From: Terriglobia bacterium
GTDB lineage: Bacteria; Acidobacteriota; Terriglobia; Terriglobales; Acidobacteriaceae
DNA length: 64,000 nt
Direction of reading: 5' to 3'
Assembly: GCA_963740615.1 (NCBI GenBank)
Contig: CAVUEZ010000002.1
Span: 53,463 to 117,462, forward strand
The notes beneath the pieces are model-generated. The model saw only the letters and a program-made list of their open reading frames with translations, was not told the origin of the DNA and ran no database searches. Position numbers and translations under genes: made by a program. This document shows, piece after piece, positions 26,753-34,985 of the stretch (position 1 is the first letter of the stretch; the number at the start of each line of letters is the position of its first letter).

Positions 26753-27340
26753 ATGCTGGTTCCAATGGTGATCGAACAGACCGGCCGCGGCGAGCGCGCC
26801 TACGACATTTACAGTCGGCTGTTGCGGGACAACATTATTTTCATTGGCACGCCGATTGACGACAACATCGCCAACCTGGTGATCGCGCAGTTGCTGTTCC
26901 TGGCGGCGGAAGACCCGGAGAAGGACATCCAGCTGTACATCAACTCGCCGGGGGGGTCGATCACCGCGGGCATGGCGATTTACGACACCATGCAGTACAT
27001 CAAGCCGGACGTGATGACCATCTGCATCGGGCAGGCGGCGTCGATGGCGGCGGTGCTGCTGGCGGCGGGGGCGGCGAAAAAGCGGTTTGCGCTGCCCAAT
27101 TCGCGTATCCTGATCCACCAGCCGCACATCATGGGGGGGCTCTCGGGGCAGGCGACCGACATCGACATCCACGCGCGGGAGATCCTGCGGATGCGCGAGC
27201 TGCTGAACCAGATCATGGCCAAGCACACCGGGCAGAAGCTGGAGAAGGTGGAAAAGGACGTGGAGCGCGACTTCATCATGAATGCCGAGCAGGGAAAGGA
27301 GTACGGCATCATCGACGACATCATTTACCGGCCGCGCTAG
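26753..27340 (+). CDS. clpP: ATP-dependent Clp protease proteolytic subunit
   Basis: [32 protein letters not shown]..., [14 protein letters not shown] (catalytic Ser). RBS GGAAGGAG upstream of ATG 26753. Confidence 0.95.
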   Translation: MLVPMVIEQTGRGERAYDIYSRLLRDNIIFIGTPIDDNIANLVIAQLLFLAAEDPEKDIQLYINSPGGSITAGMAIYDTMQYIKPDVMTICIGQAASMAAVLLAAGAAKKRFALPNSRILIHQPHIMGGLSGQATDIDIHAREILRMRELLNQIMAKHTGQKLEKVEKDVERDFIMNAEQGKEYGIIDDIIYRPR

Positions 27341-27587
27341 GGACGTGGGTGGACCGGCACGGGCCGCGCCGAGGGGGTGCGGAGTGACCGGCGGCGCCAG
27401 GGATGTGCCCTCGAACACCCGGCCAAATGACGCTGTTCACGGGAACAGGTTTGGGAAACGGGGGCAAAATGGGATTGCAGTGGTTGCGGATGCTGGATGG
27501 TAACTGCCGCCGCGCTTTTCCCGCCGCCGAACGGGCTTATACTCGGAGCAGGGACCGGGGGCAGGCCACCCGGTCAGGAGCATTTGC

Positions 27588-28862
27588 GTGAAACCAAGGT
27601 CAGGTTCCGAAGACACTTTACGCTGTTCGTTCTGCCATAAGTCGCAAGACGCGGTGGCCAAGCTGATCAGCTCGCCGAGCGACTACCCGCGCGCCTATAT
27701 TTGCGACGAGTGCGTGGCGGTGTGCAATTCCATCCTGGAAGACGACCGCACGGAAACCCACGCGGCGGCGGCGCCCGACCATCTTCCCAAGCCGGCCGAA
27801 GTGAAGTCGTTCCTGGACCAGTACGTGATCGGGCAGGAGCAGACGAAGAAGAAGCTGGCGGTGGCCGTTTACAACCACTACAAGCGCATCCACATGAACC
27901 GGCAGCGCAACAGCGAGGTGGAGCTGGCGAAATCCAACATCCTGCTGATCGGTCCGACGGGGACGGGCAAGACGCTGCTGGCGCAGACGCTGGCGCGCAT
28001 GCTGGACGTGCCTTTCGCCATCGTGGACGCGACCACGCTGACCGAGGCCGGGTACGTGGGCGAGGACGTGGAGAACATCATCCTGAAGCTGCTGCAGGCG
28101 GCCGACGGGGACGTGGGGCGGGCGCAGACGGGGATCATCTACATCGACGAAGTGGACAAGATCGGGCGCAAGGACGAGAACCCCTCGATCACGCGCGACG
28201 TTTCCGGGGAGGGCGTGCAGCAGGCGCTGCTGAAGATCCTGGAGGGCACGATCGCCAACGTTCCGCCGCAGGGCGGGCGCAAGCATCCGCACCAGGAATT
28301 CACCCCGGTGGACACGACCAACATCCTGTTCCTGTGCGGCGGGGCGTTTGTCGGGCTGGAGAAAGTGATAGCGCGGCGGGTGGGCAAGAAAAGCCTGGGA
28401 TTCAAGTCCGACCAGCAGCAGCAGGCGGAAGGCAACCTGGCGCCGCAGCGGCGGGACGTGGCCATGCTGCAGGAGGCGCAGCCGCAGGACCTGATCAAGT
28501 TCGGGCTGATTCCCGAGTTCGTCGGGCGGCTGCCGGTGGTGGGCATCCTGGAAGACCTGGACGAGAACGCGCTGGTGGAGATCCTGACGCGGCCGCGCAA
28601 CGCCATCAGCAAGCAGTACCAGCGGCTGTTCGAATTCGAGAACGTGCGGCTGAAGTTCACCGACGAGGCACTGCACGGGATTGCGCGCGAGGCGCTGAAC
28701 CGCAAGGTGGGGGCGCGCGGGTTGCGCATGATCCTGGAAGAACTGATGCTGGACCTGATGTATCACCTGCCCAGCCAGAAGCGGATCAAGGACTTCGAGG
28801 TCACGCGCGAGATGGTGGACAAACGCGACCTGGCGATCGCGCTGATGGAAAAAGCTGGATAG
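27588..28862 (+). CDS. clpX: ATP-dependent Clp protease ATP-binding subunit ClpX
   Basis: Zinc-finger CSFCHKSQ...YICDECV. Walker [18 protein letters not shown]. Confidence 0.95.
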   Translation: MKPRSGSEDTLRCSFCHKSQDAVAKLISSPSDYPRAYICDECVAVCNSILEDDRTETHAAAAPDHLPKPAEVKSFLDQYVIGQEQTKKKLAVAVYNHYKRIHMNRQRNSEVELAKSNILLIGPTGTGKTLLAQTLARMLDVPFAIVDATTLTEAGYVGEDVENIILKLLQAADGDVGRAQTGIIYIDEVDKIGRKDENPSITRDVSGEGVQQALLKILEGTIANVPPQGGRKHPHQEFTPVDTTNILFLCGGAFVGLEKVIARRVGKKSLGFKSDQQQQAEGNLAPQRRDVAMLQEAQPQDLIKFGLIPEFVGRLPVVGILEDLDENALVEILTRPRNAISKQYQRLFEFENVRLKFTDEALHGIAREALNRKVGARGLRMILEELMLDLMYHLPSQKRIKDFEVTREMVDKRDLAIALMEKAG

Positions 28863-28937
28863 CAGTTAGCGATTAGCAGTTAGCGATTAGAAGGCGGGCT
28901 GAGGGAATTTAAGATTTCAGATTTAAGATTTCAGATT
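28862..28937. repeat. Two heptanucleotide tandem arrays (CAGTTAG/CGATTAG; ATTTAAG/ATTTCAG)
   Basis: gcagttagcgattagcagttagcgattag (28862-28890) and aatttaagatttcagatttaagatttcagatt (28906-28937), starting on the clpX stop. Confidence 0.8.
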
Positions 28938-28939
28938 GA

Positions 28940-28964
28940 GGCGGGTTAGGCCCGCCCTTTTTTT
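28940..28964 (+). terminator. Rho-independent terminator after clpX
   Basis: GGCGGG-ttagg-CCCGCC followed by CTTTTTTT. Confidence 0.6.
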
Positions 28965-29107
28965 CTCGGCGGCAGACTACCCCACTCAAGCCAAAACCCG
29001 GCTCGAGTGGGCCACCCGCCACCGGGAGCGACGCTCTCGTAGAGACCGACGCGGCTGGAACCGTTCAATCCGAGTACATCTTCTTCAACGGCAAACGGAT
29101 TGCCCGG

Positions 29108-30067
29108 GTGGCCTCGGGCGGCGCGGTTTATTATTACTTCACGGATCATCTCGGCACATCGCGAATCATCACGGACGCGGCGGGCGGGGTCTGCTACGAC
29201 GCGGATTTCTATCCCTACGGCCGCGAGCAGCACGTTTATGTTGATTCCTGCCCGCAGCATTACAAGTTCACCGGCAAAGAACGGGATTCCGAAACCGGCC
29301 TCGACTACTTCGGAGCAAGATACTACGGCAGCAATATGGGCCGCTTCATGTCGCCCGATCCTTACATGCCGAGCGCCGATGTTAAGGACCCGCAGAGCTG
29401 GAATCGTTATACGTACGCTCGAAATAACCCGTTAAGATTTGTTGATCCGAACGGGCTTGCGTGGTCAGATCTCAGTGACGAGCAGAAGAGGGTATTCCAG
29501 CAATATGCCGATAACTACAACAAAACGAACAAGGCAAATCTCTCTTCAGAAGGGGTTTACAACACTCTGAATGAGTCACAGATGGCGACGTTTGAATCTG
29601 TGACTTACGCCATGGAACACACTCAGCTAACGGACAGCAATGGCAACAACATGGGCAATGCCCTACAGCAAGTTGCCGGGGTCACGCAAATCGCTGGAGA
29701 GATTCCTGGTTCTTCAAAGGGCGATCAGCAGTTTCGGCTATATGCTGACCTGAAACCGGGTGCAGTCGAAACCTTCGGGAAAGCGCAGGGATTCGAAGCG
29801 AGCTCAAATAAGGTTTTGGGACTTTTTCAGGTGTATCACCAAGGCTTCCCCGACAGTTACCGCCAGATTAGGCGTGAAGGTGTTCAAGGAATGGAGGCCG
29901 GGGTTCAACCGTCCTACAATCGCAACACGCTTCGCTCTGACATCGACGTGGACTATCGTTTTGGCGCGGCACACCTGCAACCCTCGAACTCGGATGTTCG
30001 TGCACCTGGAAACTATCAGAAGTTCATCGACAGGTGGCCGGGGCTGCGGAACTGGTGGGACAAATGA
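29108..30067 (+). CDS. Orphan RHS-repeat core C-terminal fragment fused to an unrecognised about 200-aa toxin domain
   Basis: YYYFTDHLGTSRIITDAAGGV..YDADFYPYGRE..FTGKERDSETGLDYFGARYYGSNMGRFMSPDP..NRYTYARNNPLRFVDPNGL (end of the RHS core), then a novel C-terminal domain. RHS-like sequence continues upstream in frame to about 29036 without a start codon. Confidence 0.75.
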   Translation: MASGGAVYYYFTDHLGTSRIITDAAGGVCYDADFYPYGREQHVYVDSCPQHYKFTGKERDSETGLDYFGARYYGSNMGRFMSPDPYMPSADVKDPQSWNRYTYARNNPLRFVDPNGLAWSDLSDEQKRVFQQYADNYNKTNKANLSSEGVYNTLNESQMATFESVTYAMEHTQLTDSNGNNMGNALQQVAGVTQIAGEIPGSSKGDQQFRLYADLKPGAVETFGKAQGFEASSNKVLGLFQVYHQGFPDSYRQIRREGVQGMEAGVQPSYNRNTLRSDIDVDYRFGAAHLQPSNSDVRAPGNYQKFIDRWPGLRNWWDK

Positions 30068-30696
30068 CGACAACATTTTTGCGAAGCATCGGAGTGGTGG
30101 TGATCCTTGTAGTCACGGGGTGCTCGGTTGCGCAGGTTCGTCATCAGCCTCCAGCGCAAGAGTCAGCGGAGCGGAACATGACGGAGCAACAACTTGTGAG
30201 GGACAGCGTTCAAGTCTTCCTCTCTTCCTGGCTAATAGATCGCGATGCTGACAAGGCGATACGTTCGTTCGGCGAAGGCGCATTGAAGAACGAGTCCATG
30301 CTTCAAGAGTCTTGTGCCAGTTACATCAAGCCGGAAGAACGCGGCTCCGAGGTTGCGAGGCGAGCAGGAATCAAAAAGTTCTTACGGGACTTTCTGCCCG
30401 GAAAAGCACCTAGGAGTTTGGGAGATGTGTTGGATCGTGCGAGTCTTGCCCCGATGACTGAGCAGTTGGGCAACAAACTGGTGAACGATCCCAACACAGA
30501 TCTGTTTGCACTGGCGGAGCTGACTGCGGGCGAAGTGCCGACCAGTAACTCTGAAGAAGCTGCTTATCTGAAAAAACATCTACCGCCAAAGTTCTACGCG
30601 TCCTTCGTTCCGGTAGGGCAAGGAATGGTTTACTTCCTCTGGGTTCCGGAGGGAGGCCAATGGCGAATCTTCCACGCGTCGCTGGTGTGTATGTAA
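30064..30696 (+). CDS. Candidate cognate immunity protein (lipoprotein)
   Basis: ATGA overlap with the toxin stop. Lipoprotein signal MTTTFLRSIGVVVILVVTGC. No recognisable domain. Same low-GC block as the toxin domain. Confidence 0.5.
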   Translation: MTTTFLRSIGVVVILVVTGCSVAQVRHQPPAQESAERNMTEQQLVRDSVQVFLSSWLIDRDADKAIRSFGEGALKNESMLQESCASYIKPEERGSEVARRAGIKKFLRDFLPGKAPRSLGDVLDRASLAPMTEQLGNKLVNDPNTDLFALAELTAGEVPTSNSEEAAYLKKHLPPKFYASFVPVGQGMVYFLWVPEGGQWRIFHASLVCM

Positions 30697-30704
30697 GCTC
30701 TGGG

Positions 30705-30724
30705 GGGAAATCGGGGACAGACGG
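30705..30724. repeat. REP, left arm of the inverted pair flanking the RAYT gene
   Basis: GGGAAATCGGGGACAGACGG is the exact reverse complement of 31484-31503. Confidence 0.85.
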
Positions 30725-30768
30725 ATCAATTTCTGGTATTTTGATAAGCTGTGGCGCGATTAGCACGA

Positions 30769-31563
30769 GTGATCGCGGTTGGCGTTCCCCACCACGTGAC
30801 GCAGCGTGGGAATGCACGCGGTTATGTCCTCGACCGTGATGCCGACCGCAGGGTCTAGCTCGCCCTGCTGCGCGAGTATGTGGAGCTTTACGAGCTGTCG
30901 CTGCTAGGCTATTGCTTGATGTGCAATCACGTGCATCTGGTGGTGATTCCCCGCAAAGCAACCTCGTTGGCGCTGACGTTTAAGCAGACGCATGGGCGCT
31001 ACGCGACGTACTGGAATGCCAGCCAGCAGTCGTCGGGGCATGCCTGGCAGGCAAGGTTCTATTCGTGTCCGCTGGATCAGTCGCACTTGTGGGCGGCGCT
31101 GCGCTACGCGGAACGGAATCCGGTACGGGCGGGGTTGGTGGAGAGAGCGGAAGAGTGGGGGTGGTCGAGTGCCGCGGTACATTGCGGCATGAGAGCCAAC
31201 GACGGTTTGCTGGAGCTGGCGCAGTGGCAGCAGCGGTGGGACAGTTCGAGTTGGCGGCCGTACCTGCGGGAGAAAGATTCCGAGGAGGAAGCCGCGGCCA
31301 TACGACAATGTACGCCTAGCGGCAGGCCACTCGGGACAGCGGAGTTCGTGAAGGCTATGGAAGCGGCAACGCAGCGCTGCCTGACCCCACAGAAACGGGT
31401 CGGCGGAAGAGCGAAACAGACGCCGCCGATGACAAACAAACCGCACTCGGCTTTGATGAAGGGTGAAGTGATGGGGGAAATTCCCGTCTGTCCCCGATTT
31501 CCCTGTCCCCGATTTCCCTTCCGATTTCCCTTTTGTCGCAGAGGTTCCTGTACCCCACCCTAG
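30769..31563 (+). pseudogene. REP-associated tyrosine transposase (RAYT, IS200-like Y1 family) with an in-frame TAG
   Basis: GVPHHVTQRGNARGYVLDRDADRRV*LALLREYVELYELSLLGYCLMCNHVHLVVIP (HUH motif) ...QARFYSCPLD (catalytic Tyr). The stop at 30856-30858 replaces the expected Tyr. Confidence 0.7.
31484..31503. repeat. REP, right arm of the inverted pair (followed by degenerate tandem copies to about 31535)
   Basis: CCGTCTGTCCCCGATTTCCC, then tgtccccgatttccc and ttccgatttccc. Confidence 0.85.
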
Positions 31564-31747
31564 AGCTTGTTTGGCTCTGTAGACATCCCGCTTCGACGCT
31601 CTGCCGTCCCTGCGGGACTCGGCCATTTAGTCATGCAGTTTTCCCGGCACTCACGAGCCGGGCTGGGTTCTGCCGCCCTTACGGGGCTCGTTGTGGGCCG
31701 TTCCCGTCTAACGCGTGTGTCCCGCGAACCTGGGGCACCAGCGGCTT

Positions 31748-32017
31748 CTACGCTGCCTGCAATTCCCCCGCGTACATCTGGTCCACGTAGCACCACACCC
31801 AGCGCTCGCCCGGCTCGATGGAGCGGATGAGCGGGTGCTTCGATGATTTGAAATGTTTGGTGGCGTGCTTGTTCTTCGAGGAATCGCAGCAGCCGACGTG
31901 GCCGCAGGAGAGGCAGAGCCGCAAGTGGACCCAGGTGTCGCCGGTTTTCACGCAGTCCTCGCAGACGTGTTTATCGGTGGTGGTGATCTTGATCTGGTTG
32001 GTGTGCGTGCATTCCAT
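31748..32017 (-). CDS. UBP-type zinc-finger protein
   Basis: CEDCVKTGDTWVHLRLCLSCGHVGCCDSSKNKHATKHF is a zf-UBP pattern. ATG 32017 is preferred over the TTG at 32050, which lies in a repeat. Confidence 0.8.
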   Translation of the reverse strand: MECTHTNQIKITTTDKHVCEDCVKTGDTWVHLRLCLSCGHVGCCDSSKNKHATKHFKSSKHPLIRSIEPGERWVWCYVDQMYAGELQAA

Positions 32018-32028
32018 ATCAGGCTCCA

Positions 32029-32185
32029 AAGGCGCAAGGCGCGAGGGCAAGGCTCAAGGCGTAAGGCTCAAGGCACAAGGCTCAAGGCGCAAGGCGCGAG
32101 GCTCAAGGCGCGAGGCGTAAGGCTCAAGGCACAAGGCTCAAGGCTCAAGGCACAAGGCGCAAGGCACAAGGCTCAGGGCTCAAAG
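32029..32185. repeat. Long heptanucleotide tandem array (CAAGGCT/CAAGGCG/CAAGGCA type, more than 20 units)
   Basis: aaggcgcaaggcgcgagggcaaggctcaaggcgtaaggctcaaggcacaaggctcaaggcgc... between two minus-strand genes. Confidence 0.85.
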
Positions 32186-32191
32186 CGCGGT

Positions 32192-33121
32192 TTAAGCCGC
32201 GGGTTGGCGGACTTCCAGGGCGTCACGGTCCCAGTTGGCCAGGTTGGCCGCGGCTTCGTAGGTGCTCTGGAGAAAATCGAGCAAGGTGTTTTCCGGGGAC
32301 TTTGCCCGGCGCACCTGGTCGTACATGAGGACGTATTCCTTGAGGTCAGGATGATAGAAGGCCGCCTCGGGATGCACGGGCTGCCGCGCCAGACCGGCCG
32401 GTTCGGGCGCCGCATAGCAGTAGAACGCGGGGTCATCCACGCCCAGCCCTCCGGGCCACCAGCCGGCGCTGATGACCTCGTGGGAGTAGGCTTCGCGGGT
32501 GATGGGATCGGCGCCGGGGCGTTCCGGGGCGCGCCGCCCGGAGAAGCGGGTGACCGCCAGGTCGAAGCTTCCCCAGAAAAAGTGCACCGGACTGCTCTTG
32601 CCGAGAAAGCGCGCGCGGAACTGCTTGAACACGGCGTCGGAGGAAACCAGGATGCGCCAGAAGCGCTGGGCGGCTTGCCAGTCGTAAGCGGCGGAGGCGC
32701 GGTCCTGGGCAAAAGGGATGGGATGGGGAACTTCCACCGGCTTGGGATAGATGGCCACGTCGATCTCCAGCGAAGCGAGGGCCGACATGAACTCGGCATA
32801 GAAATCGGCGACCGTGCGCGGCTCGAGCGCCAGCGCCTTGCGGGTGCCGTCAGAGCGGTCGAGGAGCAGCCGGTGATCGAGAAAATCGAATTGGATTTCG
32901 AAGACGCCGTTGCCATAGGGAATGGGCGAGGTGGTGAGGCCGCGCGCATTCACATAGAGCGGAACATTCCACCAGTGGTTGGTGCGGGGAGTGAGCGCCA
33001 GTCGGACCTTGCCCACGATCTGCATCCACATGTGGAGGTTGTGGCAGGTGTCTTTCCACTGGGCGAGCGGAAGAGAGGGCCAGCGGTCCACGGCGGCAGG
33101 AGAAGGGGAAGCGTTGATCAT
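32192..33121 (-). CDS. DUF5996-family protein
   Basis: WKDTCHNLHMWMQIVGKVRLALTPRTNHWWNVPLYVNARGLTTSPIPYGNGVFEIQFDF matches my memory of DUF5996 proteins. ATG 33121 has a GGAG-type RBS. Confidence 0.7.
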   Translation of the reverse strand: MINASPSPAAVDRWPSLPLAQWKDTCHNLHMWMQIVGKVRLALTPRTNHWWNVPLYVNARGLTTSPIPYGNGVFEIQFDFLDHRLLLDRSDGTRKALALEPRTVADFYAEFMSALASLEIDVAIYPKPVEVPHPIPFAQDRASAAYDWQAAQRFWRILVSSDAVFKQFRARFLGKSSPVHFFWGSFDLAVTRFSGRRAPERPGADPITREAYSHEVISAGWWPGGLGVDDPAFYCYAAPEPAGLARQPVHPEAAFYHPDLKEYVLMYDQVRRAKSPENTLLDFLQSTYEAAANLANWDRDALEVRQPAA

Positions 33122-33174
33122 GGCCGGCTCCTCACCCGAGAGGGATTCCAGCAGACTAACAAGGGGAGGAGGGA

Positions 33175-33221
33175 TTGGCAATTAGCGATTAGCAATTAGC
33201 GATTAGCGATTGGCAATTAGC
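33175..33221. repeat. Heptanucleotide tandem array (CAATTAG/CGATTAG type)
   Basis: ttggcaattagcgattagcaattagcgattagcgattggcaattagc. Confidence 0.8.
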
Positions 33222-33225
33222 TCTT

Positions 33226-33262
33226 CCCAGGTTAGCGCCCAAAAAGCGGGCGCGAACCTGGG
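33226..33262. repeat. REP-like palindrome, family A (inverted copy)
   Basis: cccaggttagcgcccaaaaagcgggcgcgaacctggg. Confidence 0.8.
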
Positions 33263-33324
33263 GCATCAGAACATCCCCACCCTATCGCGCCAAACCCGGG
33301 CGCGATAAGGATGGGCCACCCGAA

Positions 33325-34935
33325 TTGGGGCACCCGGCTGCACGCGATAGTATGGATGGCGTGGGTATGCAGATCGCCGCGACATCGCCCGGGCTCCGGC
33401 AACAGCGCACGACCGCATGGGACGCGCGCAGCCTGGCCGTGGCCGCCGGCTTCAGCGCGGCGGCGCTACTGTTTCACCTGATTTTCAATCGCGGCTATGG
33501 CTACTTTCGCGACGAACTCTATTACCTGGCCTGCGGGCAGCACCTGGCGTGGGGCTACGTGGATCAGCCGCCGCTGATCGCCGTGGTGGCGCGAGTGTCG
33601 CGGGCGCTGGGCGATTCCCTGAGCGCCATCCGATTCTTCCCTGCCCTGGCGGCCGCCGCCAAGGTGGCGCTGACCGCGCTGCTGGTGCGCGAGTTCGGGG
33701 GAAAAATATGGGCGGTGGCGCTGGCCTGCGCCGCCTGCTTATCCGCCCCGGTGTATCTGGGAGGCGACAATCTGCTCACCATGAACGCCTTCGAGCCGCT
33801 GTTCTGGATGGGTTGCGCCTGGCTGCTGGCGCGCCTTGCCAACGGAGAACGACCACGGCTGTGGTTGTGGTTCGGCGTGGCGGCCGGGCTGGGGCTGGAG
33901 AACAAGCACTCCATGGCGTTTTTCGGCGCGGCCCTGGTGATCGGGATTGTGCTGACGCCGCTGCGGCGCCACCTGGGGCAGAAGTGGATCTGGCTGGGCG
34001 CGCTGGTGGCGTTGGTGATCGCGCTGCCTAACGTGATCTGGGAAGTCCGGCACCACTGGGCGACCTGGGAGCTGCTGAACAACGTGGCGCACAGCAATAA
34101 AGACATCGTGCTGGGGCGGGTGGAGTTTATCAAGCAGCAGATGCTGATCATGAACCCGGGGAGCGCGCCGCTGTGGATTGCGGGCCTGGCGTGGCTGCTG
34201 TTCGGGCGCGAGGGGCGGCGCTACCGCGCGCTGGGCATCGCTTACCTGGCGACGCTGGTGGCCTTCCTTGTCCTGCACGGCAAGAATTACTACCTGGCGC
34301 CGGCTTATCCCATGCTGTTCGCCGCCGGGGGAGTGGCCGCCGAGAGGCTGAGCGGCACACGGCTGGCGTGGCTAAGGCCGGCGGCGGTGGCGATGATGAT
34401 GGCGCTGGCCGCGCTGGTGGCGCCGACGATAACGCCCATCCTGCCGCCCGGCAGAACCATCGCTTACATGAAAGCCATCCACTTCCAGCCGCCGGCTACG
34501 GAGACCGGGCACACCGCGGCGCTGCCGCAAATCCTGGCCGACCAGTTTGGATGGCCGGAGATGGTGGAGCAGGTGGCGCGCGTCTATAACGGCCTGCCTG
34601 CCGGGGAGCGCGACCAGGCCGCCATCTTCGGCCAGGATTATGGGCAGGCGGCGGCGATCGATTTTTTCGGGCCGAAGTACGGGCTTCCGCCGGCGCTCAG
34701 CGGGCACCAGAGTTATTTTCTGTGGGGCCCGCGCGGGTACACGGGCGAGGTGGTGGTGGTGCTCGATGGTGACGACCGCGATGAGCGCCGGATGTTCGCC
34801 TCGGTGGAAGACATGGGACAGGTGCGGATCAGTCCTTATGCCATGCCGTGGGAGCGGCGGCAGCATATCTACGTCTGCCGCGGGCTGAAGATTCCGCTGG
34901 CCGAGCTTTGGCCGCGGTTGAAGAAATGGTTGTAG
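33325..34935 (+). CDS. Family-39 (ArnT/PMT-like) membrane glycosyltransferase
   Basis: Multi-TM. FRDELYYLACGQHLAWGYVDQPPLIAVVARVS is typical of GT39/ArnT-like enzymes. The exact start is uncertain. Confidence 0.8.
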   Translation: MGHPAARDSMDGVGMQIAATSPGLRQQRTTAWDARSLAVAAGFSAAALLFHLIFNRGYGYFRDELYYLACGQHLAWGYVDQPPLIAVVARVSRALGDSLSAIRFFPALAAAAKVALTALLVREFGGKIWAVALACAACLSAPVYLGGDNLLTMNAFEPLFWMGCAWLLARLANGERPRLWLWFGVAAGLGLENKHSMAFFGAALVIGIVLTPLRRHLGQKWIWLGALVALVIALPNVIWEVRHHWATWELLNNVAHSNKDIVLGRVEFIKQQMLIMNPGSAPLWIAGLAWLLFGREGRRYRALGIAYLATLVAFLVLHGKNYYLAPAYPMLFAAGGVAAERLSGTRLAWLRPAAVAMMMALAALVAPTITPILPPGRTIAYMKAIHFQPPATETGHTAALPQILADQFGWPEMVEQVARVYNGLPAGERDQAAIFGQDYGQAAAIDFFGPKYGLPPALSGHQSYFLWGPRGYTGEVVVVLDGDDRDERRMFASVEDMGQVRISPYAMPWERRQHIYVCRGLKIPLAELWPRLKKWL

Positions 34936-34936
34936 G

Positions 34937-34985
34937 CGCACGGCGCAAGGCACAAGGCTCAAGGCTCCAGGCACAAGGCGCGGGC
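34937..34985. repeat. Heptanucleotide tandem array (CAAGGCN type)
   Basis: gcgcacggcgcaaggcacaaggctcaaggctccaggcacaaggcgcggg, between convergent genes and overlapping the 3' end of the phosphatase gene. Confidence 0.75.

Noticed and set aside
25331-27418. 695-aa minus-strand ORF
   Set aside because: Antisense shadow of tig and clpP, which are unambiguous.
31853-33199. 448-aa plus-strand ORF
   Set aside because: Reads through the heptamer array (KAQGSRLKAQG...) and antisense to the DUF5996 gene.
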